From positions 39,889,816 to 39,944,398 of the forward strand of contig CP154954.1 in the NCBI GenBank assembly GCA_039621445.1: 54,583 nucleotides of DNA. The letters run 5' to 3'. The first letter of the stretch is position 1, and each line of letters starts with the position of its first letter. Shown here piece by piece: positions 35,821-48,488 of the stretch. The DNA is from Euglena gracilis. Taxonomy: Eukaryota. The position numbers and the translations under genes were made by a program. The notes under the pieces are model-generated. The model had not been told where the DNA came from. It did not search any database and was given only the letters and a program-made list of their open reading frames with translations.

Positions 35821-37820
35821 GCCACCCTGGGCCCCAACCCCCACAGCATCCCCGGCAACCCCGGGGCCGTGTCCGGATGACCTCGCTTGGCCTCGGCTCG
35901 CCCTGGCCGAGCGAGGGTTCCCGGCGCGGCACCGGGGAAGCTACCCCGCAGCCCCGCCTCAGCCCCCGCAGCGTACCCGGCCACCCTGGGCCCCGACCCC
36001 CACAGCCACCCTGGCCACAGCCCCCGCAGCGTACCCGGCCACCCTGGGCCCCTACCAGACCATTGCTTAACACCTGTCCCACCTCACCCCCCGGGGGGGG
36101 GGGGGTGACTGACTGGTTTTTTTCAGGGTGACTGACTGATTTTTCCGAAGGCACTGGAGAAAATTTTGGCCAAAAATGGTCTTGAAAGGCCAAAAAGTGA
36201 CTGGTTTTCCTGAGGGGGGGGGTAAAGTGACTGACTGGCTTGGCTGAAAAAAGTGACTGACTGGTTTTTTTTCGGAGTGGAAAGTGACCCCCCTCCCCCC
36301 CGGGGGTCGCTGAGCAATGGTATGGCCCCTACCCCCACAGCGTCCGTGGCAACCCCGGGGCCGTGTCGGATGACCTCGCTTGGCCTCGGCTCGCCCTGGC
36401 CGAGCGAGGGTTCCCGGCGCGGCACCGGGGAAGCTACCCCGCAGCCCCGCCTCAGCCCCCGCAGCGTACCCGGCCACCCTGGGCCCCTACCAGACCATTG
36501 CTTAACACCTGTCCCACCCCACCCCCCGGGGGGGGGTGACTGACTGGTTTTTTCAGGGTGACTGACTGATTTTTCCTAAGTCGCTGGAGAAAATTTTGGC
36601 CAAAAATGGTCTTGACAGGCCAAAAAGTGATTGGTTTTCCTGAGTGGCTGACCCCCCCGGGGGGGGTAAAGTGACTGACTGGCTTGGCCGAAAAAAGTGA
36701 CTGACTGGTTTTTTCGGAGTGGAAAGTGACCCCCCTCCCCCCCGGGGGTCGCTGAGCAATGGTATGGCCCCTACCCCCACAGCGTCCGTGGCAACCCCGG
36801 GGCCGTGTCGGATGACCTCGCTTGGCCTCGGCTCGCCCTGGCCGAGCGAGGGTTCCCGGCGCGGCACCGGGGAAGCTACCCCGCAGCCCCGCCTCAGCCC
36901 CCGCAGCGTACCCGGCCACCCTGGGCCCCTACCAGACCATGGCTCAACACCTGTCCCACCCCACCCCCCCGGGGGGGTGACTGACTGGTTTTTTCAGGGT
37001 GACTGACTGATTTTTCCGAAGGCGCTGGAGAAAATTTTGGCCAAAAATGGTCTTGACAGGCCAAAAAGTGATTGGTTTTCCTGAGTGGCTGACCCCCCCG
37101 GGGGGGGTAAAGTGACTGACTGGCTTGGCCGAAAAAAGTGACTGACTGGTTTTTTCGGAGTGGAAAGTGACCCCCCTCCCCCCCCGGGGGTCGCTGAGCA
37201 ATGGTATGGCCCCTACCCCCACAGCGTCCCCGGCAACCCCGGGGCCGTGTCCGGATGACCTCGCTTGGCCTCGGCTCGCCCTGGCCGAGCGAGGGTTCCC
37301 GGCGCAGCACCGGGGAAGCTACCCCGCAGCCCCGCCTCAGCCCCCGCAGCGTACCCGGCCACCCTGGGCCCCTACCAGACCATTGCTTAACACCTGTCCC
37401 CCCCCCCCCCCCGGGGGGGGGGGTGACTGACTGGTTTTTTCAGGGTGACTGACTGATTTTTCCGAAGGCACTGGAGAAAATTTTGGCCAAAAATGGTCTT
37501 GACAGGCCAAAAAGTGACTGGTTTTCCTGAGTGGCTGACCCCCCCGGGGGGGGGTAAAGTGACTGACTGGCTTGGCCGAAAAAAGTGACTGACTGGTTTT
37601 TTCGGAGTGGAAAGTGACCCCCCTCCCCCCTGGGGGTCGCTGAGCAATGGTATGGCCCCTACCCCCACAGCGTCCGTGGCAACCCCGGGGCCGTGTCGGA
37701 TGACCTCGCTTGGCCTCGGCTCGCCCTGGCCGAGCGAGGGTTCCCGGCGCGGCACCGGGGAAGCTACCCCGCAGCCCCGCCTCAGCCCCCGCAGCGTTCC
37801 GGCCCCCCTGGGCCCCGACC
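35821..37820. repeat. ~442-bp tandem array (4 units), each a 158/159-bp GC-rich unit plus a ~276-bp MITE
   Basis: MITEs at 36056-36324, 36491-36766, 36933-37208 and 37376-37654; TIR cagaccattgct / agcaatggtatg; all share TSD gcccctac; empty 159-bp unit at 35821-35979. Confidence 0.93.
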
Positions 37821-37838
37821 ACCGCAGTGACCCCGGCC

Positions 37839-38188
37839 CAGACAATTGCTGAAGCACTGTCGCACCCCCCCCCCCCCCGGGGGGGGGTGGGTGACTGGTT
37901 TTTCCAGAGTGACTGACTGGTTTTGGGCCCGGACGCCCTCCCCCCCGGGGGGGGGTCGGCCAGGAGTGGGCAAAAGTAGCTTGAGTGACCCCGGCGCCGA
38001 AGGCGCCGGAAAAATTTTTTGGGCCTAAAATGGCCTAAAGTGACTGGAAAGTGGTCGTTTTTCTGAGTGGCCGACTCCCCCCCCCCCGGGGGGGGGTAGT
38101 GACTGGCTGGTTTTTTGAAAATGAGTGACTGACTGGTTTTTAAAGAAGTGGAGTGACCCCCCCGGGGGGGTCGGTAAGCAATTGTATG
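37839..38188. mobile_element. Independent insertion of a related gtgactgactgg-rich MITE
   Basis: TIR cagacaattgct / agcaattgtatg; perfect TSD ccccggcc. Confidence 0.88.
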
Positions 38189-38542
38189 CCCCGGCCATAG
38201 CCCGGCCACCCTGGGCCCCCTTATCCTCCGCCATTCTGGGCCCCAGTCCCTATGGCCCCCGCACTCTGGGACTCTTGGCCACCTGCGACACACGATGGTG
38301 TGTGTCTGTCCTGGTCAAATTTTTGTGTTGATTGCCCTCTTTGATATTTGTTTTGTGTCTTCCTTTGGTTTTGAGAACGGGAGTCTGATGCTTTTTTTGC
38401 TCTCTTCGCACAATGTGGGTTGCAGGTTGCAGGCATCCCCCCCCTGTGTCCATCAAACCCCCCATGTCCAATAACCCCCCCAGGCGAGGACGCTTTTTCA
38501 GAGGGTTGGCCGAAATTTTGGCATGGCGCAAAGCACCCCAAG

Positions 38543-38967
38543 CAGGCATTTGCTTAAGGGATTGCAGTACCCCCCCCCCCCGGGGGGCTGGACTGCAGCC
38601 AGTCCAAATTTGGCTAGTGGGATTTCTAGCAGACCCCCCGGGGGGGGGTTTGCTAGCAGGGCTAGCCAGTGGAAAAAAAATTCCCAGTGACCGGCGCAAA
38701 GCGCCGGAAATTTTTTTGGGACCCCCAAAAATGGCCAAAAAAATGGCCATTTTTGGGAATTTTTGGAACAAAATCAGCCCAAAACCTATTAAAAACCTCA
38801 TTTCCACCTCGGCGCGCAGCGCCAGAGGAAAACTTTTTCCCAGTCGGGGGGACCCCCGGACCCCTTCCCCCCCGGGGGAGGGGGGGGTCTAGCTAGTCCA
38901 TTTTTTCCAGTGTCCAGCCGATTGGCTAGCCAGTACTCCCCCCCGGGGGTCCTTAAGCAAAAGCCTG
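38543..38967. mobile_element. hAT-like MITE
   Basis: TIR caggcatttgcttaagg / ccttaagcaaaagcctg; imperfect TSD (ccccaa core). Confidence 0.75.
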
Positions 38968-39632
38968 CCCCAAACCCCGAGAGGGGGGGGGGGTGGCAGT
39001 CCATTTTTTCCAGTGTCCAGCAACGCGGCTGGCCCGTGGACCCCCCAGGCAATAATGCAGGTCCTAAGTTTTAAGAAGAATCAAACCAGGAAAATGGTGG
39101 AGATTTCACCCACTCGGCCCAACCACTGGGTGTCATGGGAAGGCCGTTTTGATAGATGGTGCCCCAACCTGCCAAGAGTCCAGCCCAAAGTTCAACGTCC
39201 CTCTGAACATTAAACCAAACAATCACTGGAAGCTGCTCAGGTCAAAGTGCCAGAAGTGGTATTCAGCACCGGGCCAAAACCAGAAAATTTTGCTGGGCCA
39301 GGGCCAAAACATGCTGGGGGTGTTGCTATGTTGTTTTTATGGCAAAAACAAATCTCCCGGGCATTTCCAACAGAAGCCAGGGGGGGGGCATATTTGGGGA
39401 TTCAACGCTTGGTTACGCAGCTCTTTTTTTTTGCCTTGCAGGCCTCAGTGGCAGCGGAACAGCTCTACAGCGGGACAGCTCCGCAGCGGGACAGCTCCAC
39501 CCCCCACCATCTGCCAGGCCTCTTTTTCCCCCTCACCCGTGTTTTGGGACCACCGGATGGCACTCCCTCTCCCCCAGCGCCAGCGGGGGAGGTTGGTGAG
39601 GGGCCCATCGGTTTATGGGCCACCCCATCAGC

Positions 39633-39635
<3 letters not shown>

Positions 39636-39671
<36 letters not shown>

Positions 39672-39709
39672 TTCTTTTTTTTTTTTTTTTTTCTTTTTTT
39701 TTTTTTTTT
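39636..39709. repeat. Poly-T tract
   Basis: Read directly. Confidence 0.9.
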
Positions 39710-41599
39710 CCCCCCTCCTGGGTGTTTTTTTTTGAAGGGGACGGTGTGACGCTCAGCTGTGTGTGCGTGTGCCCGGGGGCAGGTTGGTGGGGGGCCCACA
39801 GGGATGTGGGCTGCCCATCCCCCTCCCCCTGTCGCGGTGCCCCTTCCCCCCTCCATGTGCCGGGAGATGGAAAGGAGGCCGCCCCCGAGGCTGCCCCCCA
39901 GCTGCCCCCCCCCCCCCCCGCCACTAAGCGCGGCTGGGCCAGGGCCCTGGGCCTGGCATACCGGCAGACCGCGGCCAAGGGGTGTGGGGGACCCCCTTGG
40001 CCTTCCGCCACAAGAAGGGCTGGTTGGGAGCGGGGCCGTAGGGGGGGGGGTGAGGGGGGGGACACCGTAGCTGGGTTTCCCAACCGGCCCTTCGCTTGTC
40101 GCCTGACTGCCCCGCCTGGCGGGGGCTGTCACACAGGAGGGCCCCGGGGGGGAAGGGGTTGGGGGTTGGGCACACGGGGGAGGAATGACAGCTCCCAGGA
40201 TCGCCTCAGCCGCCACCCAACCCTCCCTCCCTCCCTCCCTCCTCGATTACAACAACATCGGCACCTTCACCAACACCATCTTTTTTATTTGCCGTGCCCG
40301 GGGTGTCATTTCGGGGTGTCTGTTTGTGCAGGCAGGTGGAGCAAGAAGAATTGGGTTTGCAATGAGTTGAGTGGGGTGTTTTGAAGGGTTTTGTGAGGCA
40401 TGATGGTCATAGGGCCTGTTCATTGGTTTGAAAACAATGTGAAGTCAATCTTGAGCTTGTGGGCAAATGTCAGGGTACTTCTTGGGGAGCTTTGAATGAC
40501 AATTTAGTGTTGCTTTGTTCCATGTTTTTTTTTCCATGGCGTTCCCCCCTCTTTGATCTGAGAGCCCTGGGCACCTCCCGTCATATGGTGGCAGGATTAA
40601 AAGGGCTATGGTGATGGGCCATTGGTTTTCATTTTTGTGCAATTATTCCATCAACCTTACGGCATCAAACGACATCCACTGCTGTGCTGTGAAAGGGGGG
40701 TGGGCAGGAGAAAGGGGGGTGGGTTTGGGAAAGAGGATGTTATGGTGCAATTCACCATGAACTCTTTGTGTGTCCAGTGTGGTCAAGGTGACTTTTTCAT
40801 GGTTCACCTGTGAGCACCAAAAATTTTCATGGCTACCAGTGGTGACCCCCCAAAAACATTTTGTGGCTCACAACCCTGATTTTGTGGATTGTCCGTGGGA
40901 CAATTTTGTGCTTTTCAAAATTTTTGTGGATGACATTGCAATTTGCCATTATTCAGCAGCAGCGGGAGTCGTTTGTGGCCATCATTTTTTTTGGTTGCTT
41001 CTGTTGTTGACTCAGTTGTTATTTTATTTTACTTTTTTTGAACTATTTGAAAATATGTGGTATTTTTATATTCAGTTGATCATTATGACAGTTTTTTTGA
41101 TTCGATTGTTTGTCACAAGTTGTATTTTATGAAGATTGGTTGTTCAACATGCTTTGTAGCTAGCTGGCTCTCTTGGGTTATTTTGGGCATATTGTCTGTT
41201 TGCTTTCATGAGAACTTTGGTCTTTGACATTTGCATTTTTCCATGCAGTTATTTTTTCCCACTCTTTTGGGTCGGCCTTTCACAACGTGGCCCTACCACA
41301 ACCCAACACCTCCAAATCCAGTGCCCCGTGGCACTGCGCACAAATCCAGTTGGTTTGCAGCTCCCCTTCCTTTTTTTGCCATCTTTGTGGAGTGACCCGC
41401 ACGCTGGCACACGCATGCACACCGAGGTTGGGGTAACAAACCGTGGTGGTCATCGCATCGACCATGGTACTCGACACCTCTCTCTGTCTCTGTCTCCGTC
41501 TCTGTCTTGCGCCTTGTTCCCACCTCACGCAGTCTGCGCCGCCCCCCCACCCCCCATATGTCTTTGGCTTGCGGCGCACGACCAGGGGACACTGAAGAC

Positions 41600-42596
41600 G
41601 CTGCGGCCGGCGGCGGCCGCGGTCTGAGCGGCGGGTGCGGGTGCGGGTGCGGGCAGCGCCCCCAGTCCCCGGCTACTCCCCAGCCCCCGCAACGCCAACC
41701 ACCATTGGCCGGCCTGTCCGTCAGGTACCTTGTGCATTGAACGCAAGGCCGCCTGGCATTACCCCACCCACAGGGAGCAGGCTTCTGCTCAAAGGTTCGC
41801 AGCCTCCGGGGGGGATATTCAAGTTGCACAATTTGCTTTTCGCATCATCCAAAGATTTGTGATTTTGCATTTTTTGCATATGGGTCATTTTTTGATCCCC
41901 CCCCCGGGCAATTGACGCCCCCGGGCAATTGACGCCCCCGGGCAATTGTCACCCCTGGCTGTGCCGGCCAATTTGTCACCCCCCCCCTCCGTGCTGCCCG
42001 ATTTGTCGCGCGACAATTGCCCGGGGGGGTAATCCAAAACTTGCTAATCGTCTTTTTTTGCGTTTTTGGAGATGCTTTTTTGCTGATATTTTTGGGACAA
42101 TTCACAGGCAAATTGCTTCATTATCAGACAACAGAAAGTTGTACCTACATTTCTTGGCATTTTTGCTGTTTCCCCCCCTTTTTCGGGCATTTTTTTGAAC
42201 GCACTTTTTTCCCAGCTCTAATGCGCTTTGTCAGAGAAGAGTGCAAATAATTGTCCAAAAATGTGCACCATGTTCCATTACAAATACGGCTGCAAAGTGC
42301 AAAAGGATTCATTTGAAAAGGCCAACAATTTTCTGTCTTCTCCAGCAGAAAAGTGTACAGTACAGGGTGCTATTCACATTTTTTTGTATTTTTTTGCATT
42401 TTTTGGCCTTCCATATCCTGAGGCACCTTGGTGCATGTCTCCCCCCCGGTCTGTGGCCTGCATTCTGGAATGGAGGCCTCTCATTTGTCCCCTCCCCCTG
42501 GTTGGGTTCGTCTACCCCGCCGTTTCATTTGTTAATCCTTCTTTTCAGGTCGGCCTCTCGCGACGCGGGCGGCCACAGCACCCCGCCACCAACCCA
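41600..42596 (+). CDS. Probable exons (41600-41724 and 42549-~42596) of an unidentified low-complexity protein
   Basis: Preceded by paired ends cagtgccccgtgg (41319) / ccaggggacactg (41594) with c|g 3' junction; GT-AG intron 41725-42548 joins ...LAGLSVR|SASRDAGGHS in phase 2. Confidence 0.45.
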
Positions 42597-43499
42597 GCAC
42601 CCCGAGGATCCAGAAAAAAAATTGGTTTTGGGCACATTGGTGGGTGATAGCACAGGCATAGCTTTTTGCGCCATCATTTGTACGTGCGCACACAGACGCA
42701 CACATATTCTGGTTCTGAGAACATTTGCGTGTTCAGAATCGCTCTTCACACTCCCGGCACCAGTGTTTGTTTGCCTGGTGGTGAGCGGGGGGCGGTGGGC
42801 TGAAGTGGCGGGGCAGTGGCAGCAGCAGCGGCAGCGTCAGCAGTCCCATCGCCTGCAAAGCTGGCGATCCCGCGAAGCTTGCGCAGAGAATGGGGTAGAA
42901 TTGCCTCACCAGCTTCCAGGGATCCAGTTCGGTTGGGTGTTTTGTGTGCGTCACAGAGGGGTCGGCACGAAGGTGTGATGACAGGCAAGTTTTTTTGACA
43001 CCGACAGGCGGCGAAAATTGATGAAAGTGGCGTGGAAGGAATGGGTTTGCGAAATCCCGCCAAAGTAATAATTTGGCGGCTTCTTCCAAAAATGGTATTT
43101 TGCCACTGTTTTGGGAGGAAATCACCAAATTTTTCCTTGCACAATTTTTTCAATATTTTTTTGAGCACCATCCCCCCAACCCCTGGTACTGCCTCCCATC
43201 ACCCCCGACACCATATGCAACTTTTTAATTTCTGCATTTTTTCTTTTGTTTGCTTTCATATCTTTGTTTTCCTGACACTGTTTGTTTTCCCCCAAATTTT
43301 TGGCACTGACGTTCCCGCATTTCCCAAGTTTCAGCCTGGGGTTTTTTTTTGCGACTTTTGCCTGGGTGCCAATGGGCCCACATACTGCCACCACCAGACG
43401 TATGATGTCCCGGCCAGGCACTTCTAACCTTTTAGCCCAAGGTGGCTGGAAACCTCAGTTGTGGTTGTAGGACCAAGGCAGGTGGCAAGTCCAGCGTCG

Positions 43500-45225
43500 C
43501 CGAAGCAAGCAAGTGGCTGCTGGCGCAGCCGAAGCAAGCAAATGGCCGCCGGCGTGGCCGAAGCAAGCAAATGGCCGCCGGCGTGGCCGAAGCAAGCAAA
43601 TGGCCGCTGGTGCGGCAAATGGCTGCGAGTGCGGCCGAAGCAAGCAAATGGCCGCCGGCGTGGCCGAAGCAAGCAAATGGCCGCCGGCGTGGCCGAAGCA
43701 AGCAAATGGCCGCCGGTGTGGTCGAAGCAAGCAAATGGCCGCCGGCGTGGCCGAAGCAAGCAAATGGCCGCCGGCGTGGTCGAAGCAAGCAAATGGCCGC
43801 TGGTGCAGCCGAAGCAAGCAAATGGCCGCCGGCGTGGCCGAAGCAAGCAAATGGCCGCCGGCGTGGTCGAAGCAAGCAAATGGCCGCCGGCGTGGTCGAA
43901 GCAAGCAAATGGCTGCCGGCGTGGCCGAAGCAAGCAAATGGCCGCCGGCGTGGCCGAAGCAAGCAAATGGCCGCCGGCGTGGCCGAAGCAAGCAAATGGC
44001 CGCCGGCGTGGCCGAAGCAAGCAAATGGCCGCCGGCGTGGCCGAAGCAAGCAAATGGCCGCCGGCGTGGTCGAAGCAAGCAAATGGCCGCCGGCGTGGTC
44101 GAAGCAAGCAAATGGCCGCCGGCGTGGCCGAAGCAAGCAAATGGCCGCCGGCGTGGTCGAAGCAAGCAAATGGCCGCCGGCGTGGTCGAAGCAAGCAAAT
44201 GGCCGCCGGCGTGGTCGAAGCAAGCAAATGGCTGCCGGCGTGGCCGAAGCAAGCAAATGGCCGCCGGCGTGGCCGAAGCAAGCAAATGGCCGCCGGCGTG
44301 GTCGAAGCAAGCAAATGGCCGCCGGCGTGGTCGAAGCAAGCAAATGGCTGCCGGCGTGGCCGAAGCAAGCAAATGGCCGCCGGCGTGGCCGAAGCAAGCA
44401 AATGGCCGCCGGCGTGGTCGAAGCAAGCAAATGGCCGCCGGCGTGGTCGAAGCAAGCAAATGGCCGCCGGCGTGGCCGAAGCAAGCAAATGGCCGCCGGC
44501 GTGGTCGAAGCAAGCAAATGGCCGCCGGCGTGGTCGAAGCAAGCAAATGGCCGCCGGCGTGGCCGAAGCAAGCAAATGGCCGCCGGCGTGGTCGAAGCAA
44601 GCAAATGGCCGCTGGTGCAGCCGAAGCAAGCAAATGGCCGCCGGCGTGGTCGAAGCAAGCAAATGGCCGCCGGCGTGGCCAAAGCAAGCAAATGGCCGCC
44701 GGCGTGGCCGAAGCAAGCAAATGGCCGCCGGCGTGGTCGAAGCAAGCAAATGGCTGGCGGCGTGGCCGAAGCAAGCAAATGGCCGCCGGCGTGGTCGAAG
44801 CAAGCAAATGGCCGCCGGCGTGGCCGAAGCAAGCAAATGGCTGCCGGCGTGGCCGAAGCAAGCAAATGGCCGCCGGCGTGGTCGAAGCAAGCAAATGGCC
44901 GCTGGTGCAGCCGAAGCAAGCAAATGGCCGCTGGTGTGGTCGAAGCAAGCAAATGGCTGGCGGCGTGGCCGAAGCAAGCAAATGGCCGCTGGCGTGGCCG
45001 AAGCAAGCAAATGGCCGCCGGTGTGGCCGAAGCAAGCAAATGGCCGCTGGCGTGGCCGAAGCAAGCAAGTGGCCGCTGGTGCGGCAAATGGCTGGCGGCG
45101 CGGTCGAAGCAAGCAAATTGCAGGCTGCTAGCGTGGTCTAAACAAGCAAATGGGTGCTTGTGCGGCAAATGGCTGCGAGTGCGACCGAAGCGAACAAATG
45201 GCTGGCGGCGCGGCCAAGCGAGCAA
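43500..45225. repeat. 29-bp minisatellite, ~58 units
   Basis: Unit cgaagcaagcaaatggccgccggcgtgg(c/t); homogeneous core, degenerate edges. Confidence 0.98.
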
Positions 45226-45584
45226 GCAGGTGGTCAAAGCGCAGCAGCCACAAGCCACGCAACCAAAGCAATTGCTGTCCTCGGTGAGCAGGTTCAAACG
45301 GGTGGTGAACAAATTTCAGGGCAGGTTACAAGTGTCTGGCCGGCAGTTGCATTATTGTGCTACGGACCCGTCCCATCCTGATAACCCTGCTGATGTTTGG
45401 TGGTGGTCAGTGTTGGGCCACAACTGGCAGCACCCACCGGTCGTGTGGTGGTTTGTGTGTTGCCTGCTTTTTGTTGTTTTTTCTTTCGGAGCAACCGATT
45501 CCCCCCTGAAGGCAAGTCAGGTTTGCCGGACGTCATTTACCCCATTTTGTTGGGGTTTTTGTGCGGTGTTGTGTTCCGTGGGAC

Positions 45585-45743
45585 ACATCCATCGGGGGTC
45601 GCGAGGCGGCAGTGGCGCCACCGCCGGCCGCCGCAGCGGCCGAAGCGGGCCCCGGCCGCAGGGCCCCGACCCCGCAGCTCGGGGCCGCCGCGCAGCGGGC
45701 GAAGGAGCCCGCCGTGCTGCTGCGGTGCCCCCCAGACGCCTGA
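45585..45743 (+). CDS. Possible exon, Ala/Pro-rich
   Basis: GC3-rich frame TSIGGREAAVAPPPAAAAAEAGPGRRAPTPQLGAAAQRAKEPAVLLR; boundaries unresolved. Confidence 0.35.
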   Translation, partial: TSIGGREAAVAPPPAAAAAEAGPGRRAPTPQLGAAAQRAKEPAVLLRCPPDA

Positions 45744-46914
45744 AGACCTGAAGGTGTGGCACTGCCCCGAAACTCGATGCCGTTCTTGCATCCATCCAAC
45801 CCCAGGGTGCCAAGTGATTGTTTGGTTTTGCACAGTGGCAGTCATCCCCAACCCCCCCCTCAGGGTGAAGGGGGGGGTCCGGAAACCCCTCTCAAAATTA
45901 CCAGAAAATTTTCTTCCCCGGCGATTTGCATCGAGAGATGTATGTCGTTATCGTCTTTTTGGGGGGGGGTTTCTGGGTCAAAAAAAATCTATTTTTGGGC
46001 ATATTTTGTCAGTTTTTTTTTAAGTATTTTTTTGCAATTTCAAAGTCACAAAATTGATTTTTTTTGATCCTCGGCTCGACCACTGGTTTACCCTAGCTCC
46101 AGCCCAGGACTCCTTTTTCCTGTTTCTCTCAGGCATTTGTCAACAATGTGGAAGCAATCGTGTCCTTCAACAGATCCTGGAGGCCCTGGTCTTCATCCAT
46201 TCTCCCAAGTCACAGGCACACCCCCCCTTCGGCTGCGTGGTTTTTTTTTTCTGCCCAGGTCTCTCACCATTTTGGGAGTTACAGCTGATATATCCGCCGG
46301 AGACGCTGCAACGCCGTGAATAATTAACACCGCTGCACATGATCATTAAACCTGCCCCCCCCCCCAATCTTTTACCCACCTTGGGCCACAGCAATTGCAG
46401 GAACCCCAAAACTGTCACGGCCCGTGGTTTGTTTTTTTGACGTTTTATTGACATACAATCTCAAAGGATTGTCATGTGGAGTCACAGCAACGCGGGAAAT
46501 GTGCAGAGATATTTTCCGAAATTCATGCCCCCACGCCCCGATTTACACCGAAAATTGCCAAATTTTGCAAAATTTCGCTATTCGGGGGTGTTTACCAGCA
46601 GCGGTTCTGACGATAAAGGGGTTTCTGGGGGCGGGGAAACCAAGCCGACCTGGTCCCAGGGGGGTGGTCGCACTTTTTGGCGCACCCCATTTCCTGGCAT
46701 TGAGGCAATCAGGCCCCGAAAATGAGAAGTTCGGTTAATCAATCTGGGGTTATTCGCCTGGCCCCTGCTTTGGCAGTTAATTGATCATCCCTGCCACCCC
46801 CTGGGTGGGGCAGCACCTTTTCCCAACCGGTTCCTAATTTGGTGTCAAAACCGACTTTCGAGCGCGGGTATTGCAAGTTTATGGGAATTTTTTTTCAATA
46901 CCTTGGGTTCGGTG

Positions 46915-47209
46915 CATGGTTGTGCTGACCGACCGGGGGGCGGGGGAGGAGGGTGGGTGGTATAGGGTGCCTGCCCCTAGCAGCACATCCCCCCCGGGGG
47001 GTAGGGGAGGGGACCAAGAAAATTTTCATTGAAAATGCCTTTTCCGGGCCCCCGGCGCCTTCGGCGCGGTCGGAGGGGGGTGCCTGCAGTGGGCAGGCAC
47101 CCCCCAAAACCCTATCCCCCCCGGGGGGGGTCGGATCGGGTGCTATGGGGTGCCTGCCCCTGGCACTCCCCCCCCCCGTTGGGTAGGCACCCGACTCAGC
47201 ACAAGCCTG
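46915..47209 (-). mobile_element. MITE family D
   Basis: Perfect TSD gttcggtg; empty site visible in the paralogous segment at ~49205 (gtttggtgaatttgg). Confidence 0.9.
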
Positions 47210-47967
47210 GTTCGGTGAATTTGGCAACGGACAATGTGGTGTTCCCCCGTGACCCGAACCACCCCCTGTGCATGTGACGCTTCCTTCCGCACCTTCTGCA
47301 GATTCAATTGCAAGATATGACAATACATTGAGATTGAGCAATTACCACGCTTTGGATGGAACCTGACTTTGAAATAATTCCGAAGATTTGGATGTTGGAT
47401 GATTATGAAGGCGATGTCTCTCAAAATGACAGTATCAAAAGTGTACTTGATTCAGCAAGGGAAAGCACGAGGTTTGTCGAAAATTGAAAACAGCAGCCAA
47501 TTTTGTTTGTAACGGGTTCTTTGAACCCCGTTTTATTATGGGGTTTATTTTTTTTTGCCAATCGACGGGAACCAAAATCTTGTGAAATGTGACACAAAGC
47601 TGTTGAAACGGCCCTCAGTGGGGACAATTGAAAAAGGTGTTAGGTGATGCAAAATGAAAACGGCAAATAGGTGAACTGGATGACATACTGGATCATTTTT
47701 GAAGTGAGATTGAGGCAAGCGTTCCAGGAAAAGCCGCCCGAAATTTGCACCGAAAAATTGCCACAATTTCGCCATTCGGGGGGTGTTGAGCAGGAGTTGT
47801 TCCAGTGATAATCGGGTTTCTGGGCCCAGGAACCCAGCTGACCTGGTGGCACTTGTCTGTTAGTCGATTCACGGCAGTGCATCAAGTCTGTTAGTCGATC
47901 CTCACCAATTACGGTTAGGAATCCGCCAATGATGACGTGCCCACTGTGGTGGGGTTGACATACCCAC

Positions 47968-48488
47968 AGGGTTAGGGTTAGGGATTGGGTTAGGGTTGGG
48001 TTGGGATTATGGTTTAGGGATACGGTTTAGATAGGGTTAGGGATAGGGTCAGGGATAGGGTTAGGGTTAGGGATAGTGACCAGGGATTTTTTTTAAGTTT
48101 TGACCCCCGGGGGGGGAGAGGGGGTAGGGTGGGTGGGTGGGTCCGCCGGACCCACTCCCCCCCCCCCCCGGGGGGGTCCCCCCCGGAGGTGGGTGGGATA
48201 TACTTTTCGGCGCCGCAGGCGCCGAAAAAATTCTATTTTTAGCACTTTTCGCGATTTTCCGGCCATTTTTTGTGGGTCCCCCGGACCCCCCTCCCCCCCC
48301 CCCGGGGGGGGAGCCCCCCCAGGGGGGCGGGTGGGTGGGGGGGGACCCCCCCTCCCCCCCCGGTCTTAAAAAAACCCCTGATAGTGACAGAGTTAGAGTT
48401 AGAGTTAGGTAAACGGTTAGGGATAGAGTCAGGGATAAGGTTAGGGATGGTTTGGTTTAGGGATAGGGTTAGGGATAAGGTTGGGGTT
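47968..48488 (+). repeat. Degenerate interstitial (TTAGGG)n-like repeat interrupted by a MITE
   Basis: ttaggg/ataggg/tcaggg hexamers at 47968-48076 and 48389-48488. Confidence 0.88.
48081..48380 (+). mobile_element. MITE family C
   Basis: Near-identical to 27459-27744; perfect TSD atagtgac. Confidence 0.93.

Noticed and set aside
39149-40384. 411-aa ORF
   Set aside because: Runs through poly-T and G/C tracts; short exon-like pieces exist (39442-39517, ~39860-39980, ~40250-40280) but I could not build a consistent model
43424-45751. 540-770 aa ORFs in six frames
   Set aside because: A stop-free 29-bp unit, not a multiple of 3, gives the same peptide in every frame of a strand; no coding asymmetry
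46132-46323. Kinase-like fragment VLQQILEALVFIHS
   Set aside because: No HRD/DFG or other kinase motifs found in neighbouring candidate exons; may be an exon but the product cannot be assigned
47968-48488. True telomere
   Set aside because: Degenerate, short, internal and bounded by TIRs and a TSD
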